DNA of 64,000 nt from Candidatus Moraniibacteriota bacterium (GTDB lineage: Bacteria > Patescibacteriota > Minisyncoccia > Moranbacterales > DUUL01): positions 165,583 through 229,582 of the forward strand of contig JAXHLG010000002.1 of assembly GCA_034522495.1 (NCBI GenBank), read 5' to 3'. Positions 1-9,918 of the stretch are shown one piece after another. The position numbers and the translations under genes were made by a program. Every line of letters begins with the position of its first letter. The stretch's first letter is position 1. Under the pieces are notes generated by a model. The model was not told the DNA's origin, did not search any database, and worked only from the letters and a program-made list of their open reading frames with translations.

Positions 1-819
1 GAAGAAACCAACGCCTGGACCTGGACTTGCCAAGCTCCGGAAGAAGGAGGAGAAGACGCTTCCTGCTACGCCGCTAAAGAAGATGTCCCCCAAAACGGCA
101 GGTGCGGCAGCGCCGACCAAAAGACTCTCATCAAAGAACCGGAAAAGTCCGATCTCTGCGACAGAGGAACTCCCTCCCAAGTCCAAGAAGAATCCGGCCA
201 ATGGACTTGGGACTGCCAAGGCATTAATGAAGGAGAAGACCGAAGCTGCTCGGCGGAGAAGAGGGAAGAAGAAAGCAATCCATCCGACCCCCAAGACACC
301 TTCGAAGACCTCGACATCGGCAAAGAGGAGATTTGCGAGAGGTTTGATAACATAGACACCTACAGCGGACTACGCAGCGTTAATTTTACCATCAGGCATG
401 ATGATTCAGAGTATAGGAATGATCATGAAATAAACGTTTTGATTCCTCCAGCAATTTCCGAAAATAATCGCCATTCGTTCGCTTATAACATCAAGGCGCC
501 AATGCGCATTGATCCGCCGGGAAAAATATTATTTGCCGGGCGCTTGGGTCAGCAACCGAAATATTATAAAGTGGATGAATATTTTAATTATAATAACAAC
601 CCGGATGCTCCAATAAAAGATGCGGGAATAATGGAAAACGACACCCTGATCTCTGTCAAAAACGGCAATCCCAATCGATTAGTCGATTTTAAGGCGGGTG
701 AAGCCGACGGAAGGCCCTTGTATACTAGACTTAATACTAACGAGGTCGGCAGCGCCTTCGCCGTAACCATAAACATGCCGCTAAAAGAACAAGAAACCCA
801 AGAGTGGTGTTCCAACTGA
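1..819 (+). CDS. Partial (5' end outside the window) Cys-rich surface/pilin-like protein, paralogue of 889..2211 with a different C-terminal domain
   Basis: Frame 1 is open from base 1 (EETNAWTWTC...) to TGA at 817-819. Bases 1-267 are identical to 1444-1710. The ORF-track call 439..819 is its 3' part. Confidence 0.8.
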   Translation, partial: EETNAWTWTCQAPEEGGEDASCYAAKEDVPQNGRCGSADQKTLIKEPEKSDLCDRGTPSQVQEESGQWTWDCQGINEGEDRSCSAEKREEESNPSDPQDTFEDLDIGKEEICERFDNIDTYSGLRSVNFTIRHDDSEYRNDHEINVLIPPAISENNRHSFAYNIKAPMRIDPPGKILFAGRLGQQPKYYKVDEYFNYNNNPDAPIKDAGIMENDTLISVKNGNPNRLVDFKAGEADGRPLYTRLNTNEVGSAFAVTINMPLKEQETQEWCSN

Positions 820-888
820 AGCCGGTTGCAGGAAAAATCATTTTTAGCCAAGTCTTCCCGGAAGAAAAATAACAACTAAACCCACCTC

Positions 889-2211
889 ATGAAATTTGCC
901 CCCAAAAACAGAAAAGTCTTCACCCTCCTCTTATCTCAGGCTCTCTTCTTTCTGCCCTTCCTCTCCGCCCAAGCCCAAACCCTCTCCCGAATCCCCGGCC
1001 AGGAAAGCACCGCCGACGACTTAATAGAATACCTCAACAACTTCTACAAATTCGGCCTCTCCTCCATCGCCATCCTGGCGGTTTTCATGATAGCGGTAGG
1101 AGCTTTCACTTACCTGGTCTTGGCCGTAGGCAATCCCTCCAAAATGCAATCGGCCAAAGAAAAAATCACCAACGCCCTCTTCGGCCTGGCCCTGGCCTTC
1201 CTGGCTTATCTAATGCTCTTTGTCATCAACCCCGACCTGGTTTCCGGAACCATTGCCGGCCTCTCGGAAAAAACCCAAGAGATCCAAAACAACACCAAGG
1301 GAAATTACTGGAACAACAGCTCGGCTTCTCAAAAAAATAATCAATCCTCAAACAAAGCCCAATGCGGAGACGCTGACGGGGAATCTTTTGAAAACAAACC
1401 CTCCCAAGACCTCTGTTCCCAGGGAGAACCAACAAACGTGAAAGAAGAAACCAACGCCTGGACCTGGACTTGCCAAGCTCCGGAAGAAGGAGGAGAAGAC
1501 GCTTCCTGCTACGCCGCTAAAGAAGATGTCCCCCAAAACGGCAGGTGCGGCAGCGCCGACCAAAAGACTCTCATCAAAGAACCGGAAAAGTCCGATCTCT
1601 GCGACAGAGGAACTCCCTCCCAAGTCCAAGAAGAATCCGGCCAATGGACTTGGGACTGCCAAGGCATTAATGAAGGAGAAGACCGAAGCTGCTCGGCGGA
1701 GAAGAGGGAATCAACTTCCGAGCCCTCTTCTAATCAAGAAGTCGCTTCCCCTTATACTCCTTTGCAAAGTCGCCATAACGAATTCCCCGAAAAGAATTCC
1801 GGAACAGTTAGGGTAATACCCTATTACTTAGAGCTTGGATCCAGCATCGTAGACGGTTCTAAGTTTAGTATGTATGTTCCCGCCGGAACTGAAAAGATTG
1901 AAATGGAAATGAGTTCAAATCTTGCAGATTCTACATTATATTTTTCCATAGATGATAAGCCGATAAAAAGCGAAAGTAAGTTTTCTGGAGATGGGACCAT
2001 AGAAAGTCTTATTACAAGTGACAGAAAAACCTATTACTCTCAAGGAGGAGGCCAATCAAGCTTTATCATAATGGATTACAGTATTAATACTGAGGGCTGG
2101 ACCAGAGGTAGATGGATAAACTTTGAGTTTAATAACGGCTCCAGACCCAATGCTTATACGGCGATATATCGCATAAACACGGACCACCCTTATTATTATA
2201 AAATTGATTAG
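889..2211 (+). CDS. CPR-type pilin (T4SS_pilin/VirB2-like N-terminus) with two Cys-rich repeats and a C-terminal domain of unknown function
   Basis: Signal peptide, then two TM helices around GNPSKMQSAKEKITNALFGL and ending INPDL. Two CG.AD....P...LC..G......WTW.C.....SC.A repeats follow. Confidence 0.75.
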   Translation: MKFAPKNRKVFTLLLSQALFFLPFLSAQAQTLSRIPGQESTADDLIEYLNNFYKFGLSSIAILAVFMIAVGAFTYLVLAVGNPSKMQSAKEKITNALFGLALAFLAYLMLFVINPDLVSGTIAGLSEKTQEIQNNTKGNYWNNSSASQKNNQSSNKAQCGDADGESFENKPSQDLCSQGEPTNVKEETNAWTWTCQAPEEGGEDASCYAAKEDVPQNGRCGSADQKTLIKEPEKSDLCDRGTPSQVQEESGQWTWDCQGINEGEDRSCSAEKRESTSEPSSNQEVASPYTPLQSRHNEFPEKNSGTVRVIPYYLELGSSIVDGSKFSMYVPAGTEKIEMEMSSNLADSTLYFSIDDKPIKSESKFSGDGTIESLITSDRKTYYSQGGGQSSFIIMDYSINTEGWTRGRWINFEFNNGSRPNAYTAIYRINTDHPYYYKID

Positions 2212-2292
2212 AGACTGCTGATTTTTGAAAAAAATCTATTGCCCCGTCTTGTGAAAAAAAAATATTTAAGCTAAAATTCAATAGACAAAATA

Positions 2293-2494
2293 GAAACCAT
2301 CGAAGAATGTTATTGTGAACTTGTTTGCCCGGCTTTAACGAACCTGTCACGCTTGGGCGGGAATAAGAATCTAATGATTACCAAAAAAGGCTTTATCAAA
2401 AGACTCTGATCTTTTTCGCTGTAGCGGCACTCTGCTGTGGCGGTGGCAGTTGGGATGACAAAAATTTTGAATTAATCAATTCTCTGGTGGTTTC
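2293..2494 (+). mobile_element. MITE family B copy (TIR consensus GAAACCACTGAAGAAT)
   Basis: Degenerate TIRs. AAAATA on both flanks. Homologous to copies at 4188, 11265, 13492, 15855, 18714, 37294 and 53235. Confidence 0.65.
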
Positions 2495-2611
2495 AAAATA
2501 AATAATTCCCGTTCGGAGAATTTTGGCTTGGCGGTCTTTTTTAAAAATATGAATAATTTACATATTTTGCTCCGCAGAGCGGGGCAGGTCCTAATTATTG
2601 TTTGCTAATAT

Positions 2612-3382
2612 ATGATAATTTCAAAAAAATCAGAGTTGGAGGTTCTTAAAGAAGGAGGGAAGATCTTGAGGGAGGCTTTGAATAGAGGGAAGGAAACTGC
2701 TAAGAGAGCTAAAAAAGAGGAGATATCCACTTTCAAGGTTAATCGGGAAGTGGAAAAAGTTATTGCCAAACATGGAGCCGAAGCGTCTTTCAAAAATTAT
2801 AAGACCGACGGGGTGACACCGTTTCCCGGATCGGCGTGTATTTCCATTAATAATGAAATTGTTCACGGAGTGCCCAGAAAGGACAAGCTTATTCAGGAAG
2901 GAGATATAGTGAAAATCGATATCGGAGTTAAGCACAAAGGGCTTTACACCGATGCGGCTATTAGTTTTGGAGTGGGCAGGCTTTCCGAGAAGGCCAGAAA
3001 AATCATTGAGGTAACCAGGGAATCCCTGCAAATCGGATTAAGGCAAATTAAACCCGGCAATCGCTTAGGCGATTTCGGGTGGGCGGTGGAAAACTTTGTC
3101 CAATCTAAGGGGCTATTCGTGGTGACGGACTTGGTCGGCCACGGAGTAGGGAGAGATGTTCATGAGCCTCCCCAGGTTCCCAATTATGGGGAAAGAGGGA
3201 CGGGAGAGATTTTCAAAAAGGGGATGGTTTTGGCGCTGGAGCCGATGGTCAATGAAAAGGATTCAGGGATTAAGCTGGCTTCGGACCGGCTGACCTATCT
3301 TACCAGAAAAGGCGGCTTGTCAGGACATTTCGAGCAAACTATAGTAGTAACCGAGGATGGATGCAAGATTTTGACGGAATAG
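2612..3382 (+). CDS. map: Methionine aminopeptidase type I
   Basis: Motifs CISINNEIVHGVP, DIG, DAA, GHGVG..VHE.P, ALEPM and HFEQT. Confidence 0.95.
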   Translation: MIISKKSELEVLKEGGKILREALNRGKETAKRAKKEEISTFKVNREVEKVIAKHGAEASFKNYKTDGVTPFPGSACISINNEIVHGVPRKDKLIQEGDIVKIDIGVKHKGLYTDAAISFGVGRLSEKARKIIEVTRESLQIGLRQIKPGNRLGDFGWAVENFVQSKGLFVVTDLVGHGVGRDVHEPPQVPNYGERGTGEIFKKGMVLALEPMVNEKDSGIKLASDRLTYLTRKGGLSGHFEQTIVVTEDGCKILTE

Positions 3383-3620
3383 AAAATAAGATACAAGAAA
3401 CAAGAAACAAGGATACCCCGTAAAGTCGCTCCGCTCCAACGGGGCAGGCAAACAAATTCAAAATTCAAAATTCAAACGTTTGTTTCTTGGAATTTGATTA
3501 ATTGTTTCTTTTTTGGTAATTGTATCTTGTATCCTTGTGTCTTTAAAAATATCTTCTTAATTTTCACTTTTTATTTCACACTTTCAACTTTCACACTTTC
3601 AACTTTTAACTTTCAACTAG
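3383..3620. repeat. Heptamer-repeat hairpin (ACAAGAA... / ...TTGTATC) plus a TTTCAAC-type tandem repeat
   Basis: A/C-rich 5' arm and T/G-rich 3' arm. Resembles 23S insertion 7. Confidence 0.65.
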
Positions 3621-3621
3621 T

Positions 3622-3993
3622 ATGTATTACATCGGTATTGATTGGGGCGCCAAAGATTGCGGCATCGCTTGGGCGGATGAGGAAACCAGGATAGCGACCG
3701 CTTACAAGCAGGTTCCCAGAAAGGACTTGTTAAAGGAGTTGAAGCAACTCAATGACAGTTTCGGCATTGCGAAAATAGTTCTTGGCGTAAATTATGATAT
3801 TGATAAAGAAAAAAGAGCTAAGCTTTTGGAGTCTTTCAAGGAAATGGAGCTGGAGACGGAATTTGAAAACGAGTCCTTTTCCACTCTTCTTGCCCAGAGC
3901 AATTTGGCGGAAACCAAGGGCAGGAATATTTCCAAATACGACGATGCAGAGGCGGCCAGGATCATTTTGCAAAGCTGGTTGGACAAGCGCTAG
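3622..3993 (+). CDS. yqgF: YqgF/RuvX family RNase H-like nuclease
   Basis: IGIDWGAKDCGIA, NESFST and DAEAARIILQSWL motifs. Confidence 0.85.
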   Translation: MYYIGIDWGAKDCGIAWADEETRIATAYKQVPRKDLLKELKQLNDSFGIAKIVLGVNYDIDKEKRAKLLESFKEMELETEFENESFSTLLAQSNLAETKGRNISKYDDAEAARIILQSWLDKR

Positions 3994-4187
3994 AAAAAGT
4001 GGTAAAATTATGATAAGCTTTTTCAATAGCTGGCCTTGCGCGCTCTGACTCAACATTGAAATTTAGGCTAGCTTCCCAGTATTTAGAAGAGCGTATCATG
4101 AATCAAGTATTATGTATCATGCTTTTTAGAAAATTGAATAAAGAGCAAAGAGACGCAAATAATACAGCCCGCTTGAAAAAAATAGAC

Positions 4188-4545
4188 GAAACTGCTGCAA
4201 AATGTCATTCGGAACTTGATTGTCTGTTTCTGGCGGGATTCAGAATCTAATGAATGATTGCCAAAAAGGCCTTGTAAAGAGATTCTGATTTTCATCAGAA
4301 TGACAAATTTAGGAATTACGCGCTTGTCTCTTTATTGCCTAAAAAGAGAGAGCAAAGCAAGGTTTGGTGTTTGCATTCGATCGAAAAAATATTTTAGAAG
4401 CAAAAAGGATTTTCTATTAAAAATATCTTAACAAGCCTGAAAGGCAAGTGCGCATAAAACCAAGCCTTGCTTTGCTCTCGGCATTACCAGAGAGTAATCG
4501 CGTAATTCCTAAAATTATCAAAATAAGCAATTCTTCAGTGGTTTC
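4188..4545 (+). mobile_element. MITE family B copy with a nested MITE family A copy (4312..4509)
   Basis: B is flanked by an AATAGAC direct repeat. A has GGAATTACGCG...CGCGTAATTCC TIRs flanked by TA. Confidence 0.8.
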
Positions 4546-4580
4546 AATAGACCTAAACTCGTAACTTATAAATAATCAAA

Positions 4581-5372
4581 ATGGAACAAAAGAATCAGCC
4601 GAATTTTTCGGTGGTTATTCCGGCTTATAACGAAGCTTCCCGGGAAGATCAGATGAGGGATCATTTGGTTTCTATTCAAGAATATTTTGAGAAAAAAGGA
4701 ATGAACTATGAAATGATAGTGGTTTTGGACGGGCCTACGGATGAAACTCCGGGACTGGTAAAGAAGCATACCAAAGACATCAAAAATGTTCGGATAATTG
4801 ATAGAAAAAAGAATAAAGGAAAGGGATACAGCGTTCGAGAGGGGTTGCTGGCAGCCGAGGGCAAGTTCAGGCTTTTTACCGATATGGACGGAGCAACTCC
4901 CATCACTATGCTGGACAGGTTTTTTCCAAAATTTGAAGAAGGATCGGATATCGTGATTGGCTCGAGAGATTTGGAAGAGTCTGATGTGAAGGTCCATCAA
5001 CCCAAATGGAAAGAGCTTATGGGGGACGCCGGCAATCTGCTGATACAGTTCGTGGGAGGGCTCTACGGCACGAAAGACACCCAGTGCGGATTCAAGGCTT
5101 TTACACAGGAGGCGGTTAAAGATATTATTCCGCGGACAACAGTACAGAGGTGGGGTTTGGATTTTGAAATTCTTATCTTGGGAAAAAAGCTGGGTTATGA
5201 TATAAAGCAGGTTCCCGTGGAGTGGATCGACAGCGGAGACAGCACTGTCGGCATAAGCGGCTACATCAGCACTTTCAAGGATTTGTTCAAAGTCAGATGG
5301 AATTTGATGAAAGGGGTGTATCAGCTCAACAGGAAAGCGGAGAATATTGAAAAGACGGTAGAGGATAAATAA
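4581..5372 (+). CDS. GT2 glycosyltransferase (dolichyl-phosphate beta-glucosyltransferase-like)
   Basis: SVVIPAYNE, NKGKGYSVREG, FTDMD and DTQCGFK motifs. Confidence 0.9.
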   Translation: MEQKNQPNFSVVIPAYNEASREDQMRDHLVSIQEYFEKKGMNYEMIVVLDGPTDETPGLVKKHTKDIKNVRIIDRKKNKGKGYSVREGLLAAEGKFRLFTDMDGATPITMLDRFFPKFEEGSDIVIGSRDLEESDVKVHQPKWKELMGDAGNLLIQFVGGLYGTKDTQCGFKAFTQEAVKDIIPRTTVQRWGLDFEILILGKKLGYDIKQVPVEWIDSGDSTVGISGYISTFKDLFKVRWNLMKGVYQLNRKAENIEKTVEDK

Positions 5373-5744
5373 GAGCGTGCTATTTCCAAGATGTTGAATT
5401 TTTTTGGAAATTAAGTAATTGCATTCCTGCAATGTCGAGAGTAAAGCAAGTTTTGGTTTTATGCGCACACGCTTTTTGGGCTTATTAAATGATATTACGC
5501 ACCCTTTGCTAAAGCTATAATTGCTTCGATTAGAGGTTCAGCCTCTTTAAGAGGCTGAACCTCTTTGGCAAGAATTGATAAATATATCCAAATTAAGCTG
5601 GATAGAAAGTAAGTGCGTAACATCATTTAGGTAATAGAGAAAGCCAAAAGCGCGATTACTATTTTTAATGAAATTTAATGTTTCAATTCAAATTTCGAAT
5701 TATAAATTTAAAATTGATTCAATATAATATATAAACAAAAAATT

Positions 5745-6779
5745 ATGGGGACCTCTAAAAAAACAAAAGATCAAAAAGAAAAAATTTCTCAGCTGAGGCA
5801 GGACTTGGTGACCGGCGACTGGGTGGTGATTGCCAACAGCCGCGGGAAAAGGCCGGATGATTTCAAAAAAGAAAAAAACAGCGTGGAACAGGAAGAGACG
5901 CCCGAGGAGTGCCTTTTTTGCAAGCCGGAAGCTTCCGGGCAAGAGGGGGATGTGTTGATTTACAATACTTCCGACGGAGATTGGACGCTGAGAGTTTTCC
6001 CCAATAAGTATCCGGCTTTTTCCAGGCCTTCCGGAGGGAGAATCAACCACCAGGAAGAAGGGCCGTATTTTTGGATGGACGGAGTGGGCTATCATGAGGT
6101 GATTGTAACCAGAGATCATTATGACAGAATCGGCTCTATGGACAATGTCAAGGTAGCTGAGATTCTGGACTCTTTCCAGACACGCTACATTGATTTGATG
6201 AACAAAAAATCCGTCCGCTATATTGAAATATTTCACAATCAGGGATCGGAAGCCGGCGCATCTATTTTTCATCCTCATTCTCAGCTAGCGGCCGTTCCGG
6301 TGGTTTCTCCTTATGTGAGACTGGAGCTGGACGGGTCGGAAGAATATCACAGGGCTAATAAAAAATGTGTTTTTTGCGATATGATTGAATGGGAAACGGA
6401 ACACCGGCAAAGAATTGTTTTTGAAAACGACAATTTTATCGCTTTCTGTCCATTTTCTTCCCGAAGGGCGTTTGAAGTTTGGGTTTTACCCAAGAAGCAC
6501 AGCCCTTATTTTGAGCGGATAGACCTTCAAGGAAAACTGGAAGGAGCGGAAGTTCTGAATGAAGCTATTAGAAAAATTAACAAAGTTTTGGATAACCCGG
6601 ATTATAATTTCTATCTCCACACGGCGCCTTGCGACGGCAGGGATTACCCGCACTACCACTGGCATATAGAAATTTTACCCAAGACTTCCATCTGGGCCGG
6701 GTTTGAGCTCTCCACCGGAGTGGAAATTTCGGCTATGGAGCCGGAGAAGGCGGCGAAGGCGTTGCGGGAGGAGAAGTGA
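5745..6779 (+). CDS. galT: Galactose-1-phosphate uridylyltransferase family protein
   Basis: R.KRP, CLFC, NKYPAF, GASIFHPHSQ (HxHxQ) and HWHIEILP motifs. Confidence 0.92.
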   Translation: MGTSKKTKDQKEKISQLRQDLVTGDWVVIANSRGKRPDDFKKEKNSVEQEETPEECLFCKPEASGQEGDVLIYNTSDGDWTLRVFPNKYPAFSRPSGGRINHQEEGPYFWMDGVGYHEVIVTRDHYDRIGSMDNVKVAEILDSFQTRYIDLMNKKSVRYIEIFHNQGSEAGASIFHPHSQLAAVPVVSPYVRLELDGSEEYHRANKKCVFCDMIEWETEHRQRIVFENDNFIAFCPFSSRRAFEVWVLPKKHSPYFERIDLQGKLEGAEVLNEAIRKINKVLDNPDYNFYLHTAPCDGRDYPHYHWHIEILPKTSIWAGFELSTGVEISAMEPEKAAKALREEK

Positions 6780-7074
6780 GATGTAGGAGATGTGAAAATT
6801 ATTCTAATTATTCTAATTGCTCTAATTATTCTAAAGTTGAAAGCGAGTTATTTTTTGGAATAAAAAGATATTTGTTGTATGTAAATGGAAAATAATTTGA
6901 AATTTGTAGAAACATTTCGAGATTAAGATGTTAAGAAATTCAGAAATTGATTCAAAAAAAATTAAAAATTTCCTTAGTGACAAGTGACCAGTGACAAGTG
7001 ACTGTGAATAAATAAGAGTTAACTTTCAGTTTGCCTAGGCATGCGCTATATTTAATTAAATCGCTTCCAACTTT

Positions 7075-7572
7075 ATGATAATCGAAACACAGCAGGCGGT
7101 GGAGCTCTTGAAGGGCGTGCCGGCCGAGATTTCCATGTTTATTATAAGCATGACGCCTGTCTTTGAACTGAGAGGAGCCATTCCGGTTGGGATAGGCGCC
7201 TACAAGATGGGAATTTGGGAAACCTATTTCTGGGCGGTTTTGGGGAATTTTGTTCCGGTGGTTCTGCTGGTATTCTTTTTGGAGGCGGTGGCGAATTTTC
7301 TGTCCAAGCATTTTTCATTTTGGAGAAAATTTTTCGACTGGCTTTTCGAGAGGACCCGCCGGAGAGCGAAAGACAAGATTGAGAAATATGGCGACTGGGG
7401 ATTGTTCTTTTTGGTGGCTGTTCCCCTGCCGGTAACCGGAGGGTGGACGGGATCGTTGGCCGCTTTTCTTTTCGGCATCAAAAGGAAAAAAGCCATTCCC
7501 ATTATATTTTTAGGCATTATGGCGGCCGGAGTCATAGTGACCGTTTTAACCGTAGGCATTGGAAAATTATGA
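7075..7572 (+). CDS. Small multidrug export family membrane protein (COG2426-like)
   Basis: PVFELRGAIP and VPLPVTGGWTG motifs; several TM helices. Confidence 0.85.
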   Translation: MIIETQQAVELLKGVPAEISMFIISMTPVFELRGAIPVGIGAYKMGIWETYFWAVLGNFVPVVLLVFFLEAVANFLSKHFSFWRKFFDWLFERTRRRAKDKIEKYGDWGLFFLVAVPLPVTGGWTGSLAAFLFGIKRKKAIPIIFLGIMAAGVIVTVLTVGIGKL

Positions 7573-8360
7573 GAATAAAAGAAAAGCATTTGATCATAGC
7601 TAACTTCAAAATGTACCTTTCCGGGAAAGGGCAAGTCAGCCAGTGGCTGAGGAATTTCGATAGAGACTCGAAAAATCTTGAGCTTATTGAAAGCCGCTTG
7701 GTTTTGTGCCCGCCGGCTGTTTCTTTGGCGGATTTTGCGAGCAATATAGAGCTGGACTGCGTTAGCTTCGGCGCGCAGGACTGTTTTTGGCAGGACGAGG
7801 GGGCCTATACAAGCGGACTGGGGTCGAAGATGGTGTCCAGCTACGGAGGGAAGTTTGTTATTCTCGGCCACAGCGAGAGGAGAAAATATTTCGGGGAAAC
7901 CGATGAAGCGGTGTCGCACAAAACATCTTTAGCGGTTAAAAACCGCCTTCATCCCATTCTTTGCGTAGGCGAAAACGCCGACGAGAAGAGACGGGAGGAG
8001 ACCAAAGAAGTGCTTCTCAATAAGCTGGAAAAAAATTTGCAGTTTATTGGCAAGGGGACAATTGAGGAAGTTGTGATCTGCTATGAGCCTATTTGGGCAA
8101 TCAGCGCTAATAATCCGGACCACTTGCCGACGGCTAACGAGCTGATGGAGGCCAGGGTTTTGATAAAAAAATTTTTGGTTGGAAAATACGGACAAAGCGC
8201 GGCCGAGAGGGTAAGAATTATTTATGGCGGAAGCGTGGACAGCAAGAACTACAGGGAAGTTTGTGTGGAGTCCGGAATGGAAGGCGCCTTAATCGGCGGC
8301 GCGAGCAAAATGCCTTATGAGTTGGTGAAGATTGCTAAAATAGCGGAGGAAGGAAAGTGA
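7569..8360 (+). CDS. tpiA: Triosephosphate isomerase
   Basis: ANFKM, GHSERR, YEPIWAI, YGGSV and LIGGAS motifs. ATG at 7569 overlaps the upstream stop. Confidence 0.95.
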   Translation: MRIKEKHLIIANFKMYLSGKGQVSQWLRNFDRDSKNLELIESRLVLCPPAVSLADFASNIELDCVSFGAQDCFWQDEGAYTSGLGSKMVSSYGGKFVILGHSERRKYFGETDEAVSHKTSLAVKNRLHPILCVGENADEKRREETKEVLLNKLEKNLQFIGKGTIEEVVICYEPIWAISANNPDHLPTANELMEARVLIKKFLVGKYGQSAAERVRIIYGGSVDSKNYREVCVESGMEGALIGGASKMPYELVKIAKIAEEGK

Positions 8361-8816
8361 GAATCAAGGTGTTTTAATATCGCTTGGGTATCTTTTATTC
8401 AGTCTGGAGTGTCTGGCGTTGTATTATGAATCATGTGTCATGAGTTATGTATCATGTATTATGAATCGAGTATCATGAATTTTGGGAAGTGGGAAATATG
8501 TTGCTAAACAGATTGCGTTTTTGTTGCGGTTAATCTCGTTAGGGGGGGGTATAGTTTAAATATTTGAATCATGTATTGAGTATCATATATCATGAATCGA
8601 GTATCATGAATTTTGGGAAGCGGGAAATACGTTGCTAAACAGATTGCTTTGTTGTTGCGGTTAGCTTGAAGTTCGACTTCTGCTGACGCAGAATTCAAAC
8701 TTCAGATTCTTATCCGGGTTCTCTCTCAAGAGGTAATTTATATGAATTACATAATATCAGTTAATAAAAACGATTAATTCTTGATTTCTATTAATTAAAT
8801 AATAAAATTAAAACAA

Positions 8817-9665
8817 ATGAGAACAAAAAGTATTGAAATTTTGAAGAAGGCTTTGAAGGAAAATACGGCCGTGGGGGCTTTTAACACGGCTAATTTGGAA
8901 ATTTCCCAAAGCATTATCCGGGCGGCGGACAATTTATGCAAGCCGTGCATTATCCAAGCCACCACCACCACGATGGATTATACCAATAATTCTATCGGTG
9001 AAATTGTGAAGTCGGTTATTGACAAAGAGTCCAACGGAGCCAGCATAGGATTTCACCTTGACCACGGACACAATCTTCACGATGTGATCAAGGCTATTGA
9101 ACTGGGGGTGGATTCGGCTATGATCGACGCTTCCAAGATGAGCTTTCAGGAGAATAAAGAGATAACCAAAAAAGTGGTAGAGCATGCCCACCCCAAGGGC
9201 ATTGCCGTTCAAGCAGAGTTGGGAAGAGTGCCCTATCTGGGGAGGGAAAAGATGAGCGTTAACTGGGAAGAAATAATGACGGATCCCAAGCAAGCCAAGG
9301 AGCTTGTAGAGGAGACGGGAGTGGATGCCTTGGCTATTGCCATTGGAAACGCTCACGGGTTTTTCCGGGAGAGAAATGAGCCGGACTGGGATAGGCTGAA
9401 AGAGATCAGGAAACTGTTGCCGGAAACGCCGCTTATATTGCACGGAGCATCGGACTGGGAGGGGAAAAAGGCTAGAAAAGCCGTCAAGCTGGGCATCAAT
9501 TGCTTCAATATTGATACGGATATCCGAATCGCTTTCTGTACCGCCCTTTGCAAAATGGCCGGCGGCAAGCATTGCGAAGTGAGCGATCCCCGAAAGATAC
9601 TAAAAGTAGCCAGGGATGAAGTCCAGAGCAAGGTGGAAGAGAAGATCAAGCTGTTTGCTGGTTGA
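8817..9665 (+). CDS. fba: Class II fructose-bisphosphate aldolase
   Basis: HLDHG, MIDAS, GNAHG, LHGAS and NIDTD motifs. Confidence 0.92.
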   Translation: MRTKSIEILKKALKENTAVGAFNTANLEISQSIIRAADNLCKPCIIQATTTTMDYTNNSIGEIVKSVIDKESNGASIGFHLDHGHNLHDVIKAIELGVDSAMIDASKMSFQENKEITKKVVEHAHPKGIAVQAELGRVPYLGREKMSVNWEEIMTDPKQAKELVEETGVDALAIAIGNAHGFFRERNEPDWDRLKEIRKLLPETPLILHGASDWEGKKARKAVKLGINCFNIDTDIRIAFCTALCKMAGGKHCEVSDPRKILKVARDEVQSKVEEKIKLFAG

Positions 9666-9918
9666 AGGGTGAGAAATATTGCTCCATTGTTAAATTGCTC
9701 CATTGTTAATTGATAGTGGCAGAAATGTTATAGATATAGATAGATAAATTGATATAAAGTGGAAATTTATGGAAATTAGCGCTTCGCGCGAAACTTGTAG
9801 AAACTATTCGAAATTGCCTCTCAGAGGGTGATCGATTAAAATTGTTAAAATATTAAAATAATCCGCTCCATGTTAGAGATAGCGAATTTGAGGCGTTAAA
9901 GTGTTAATATGTTTAAAT

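Noticed and set aside
4056-4295. Short ORFs at 4056..4250 and 4110..4295, and similar ones at 8504, 25221, 30974, 53059 and 55367
   Set aside because: They run through MITEs or tandem-repeat modules and have no coding signature.
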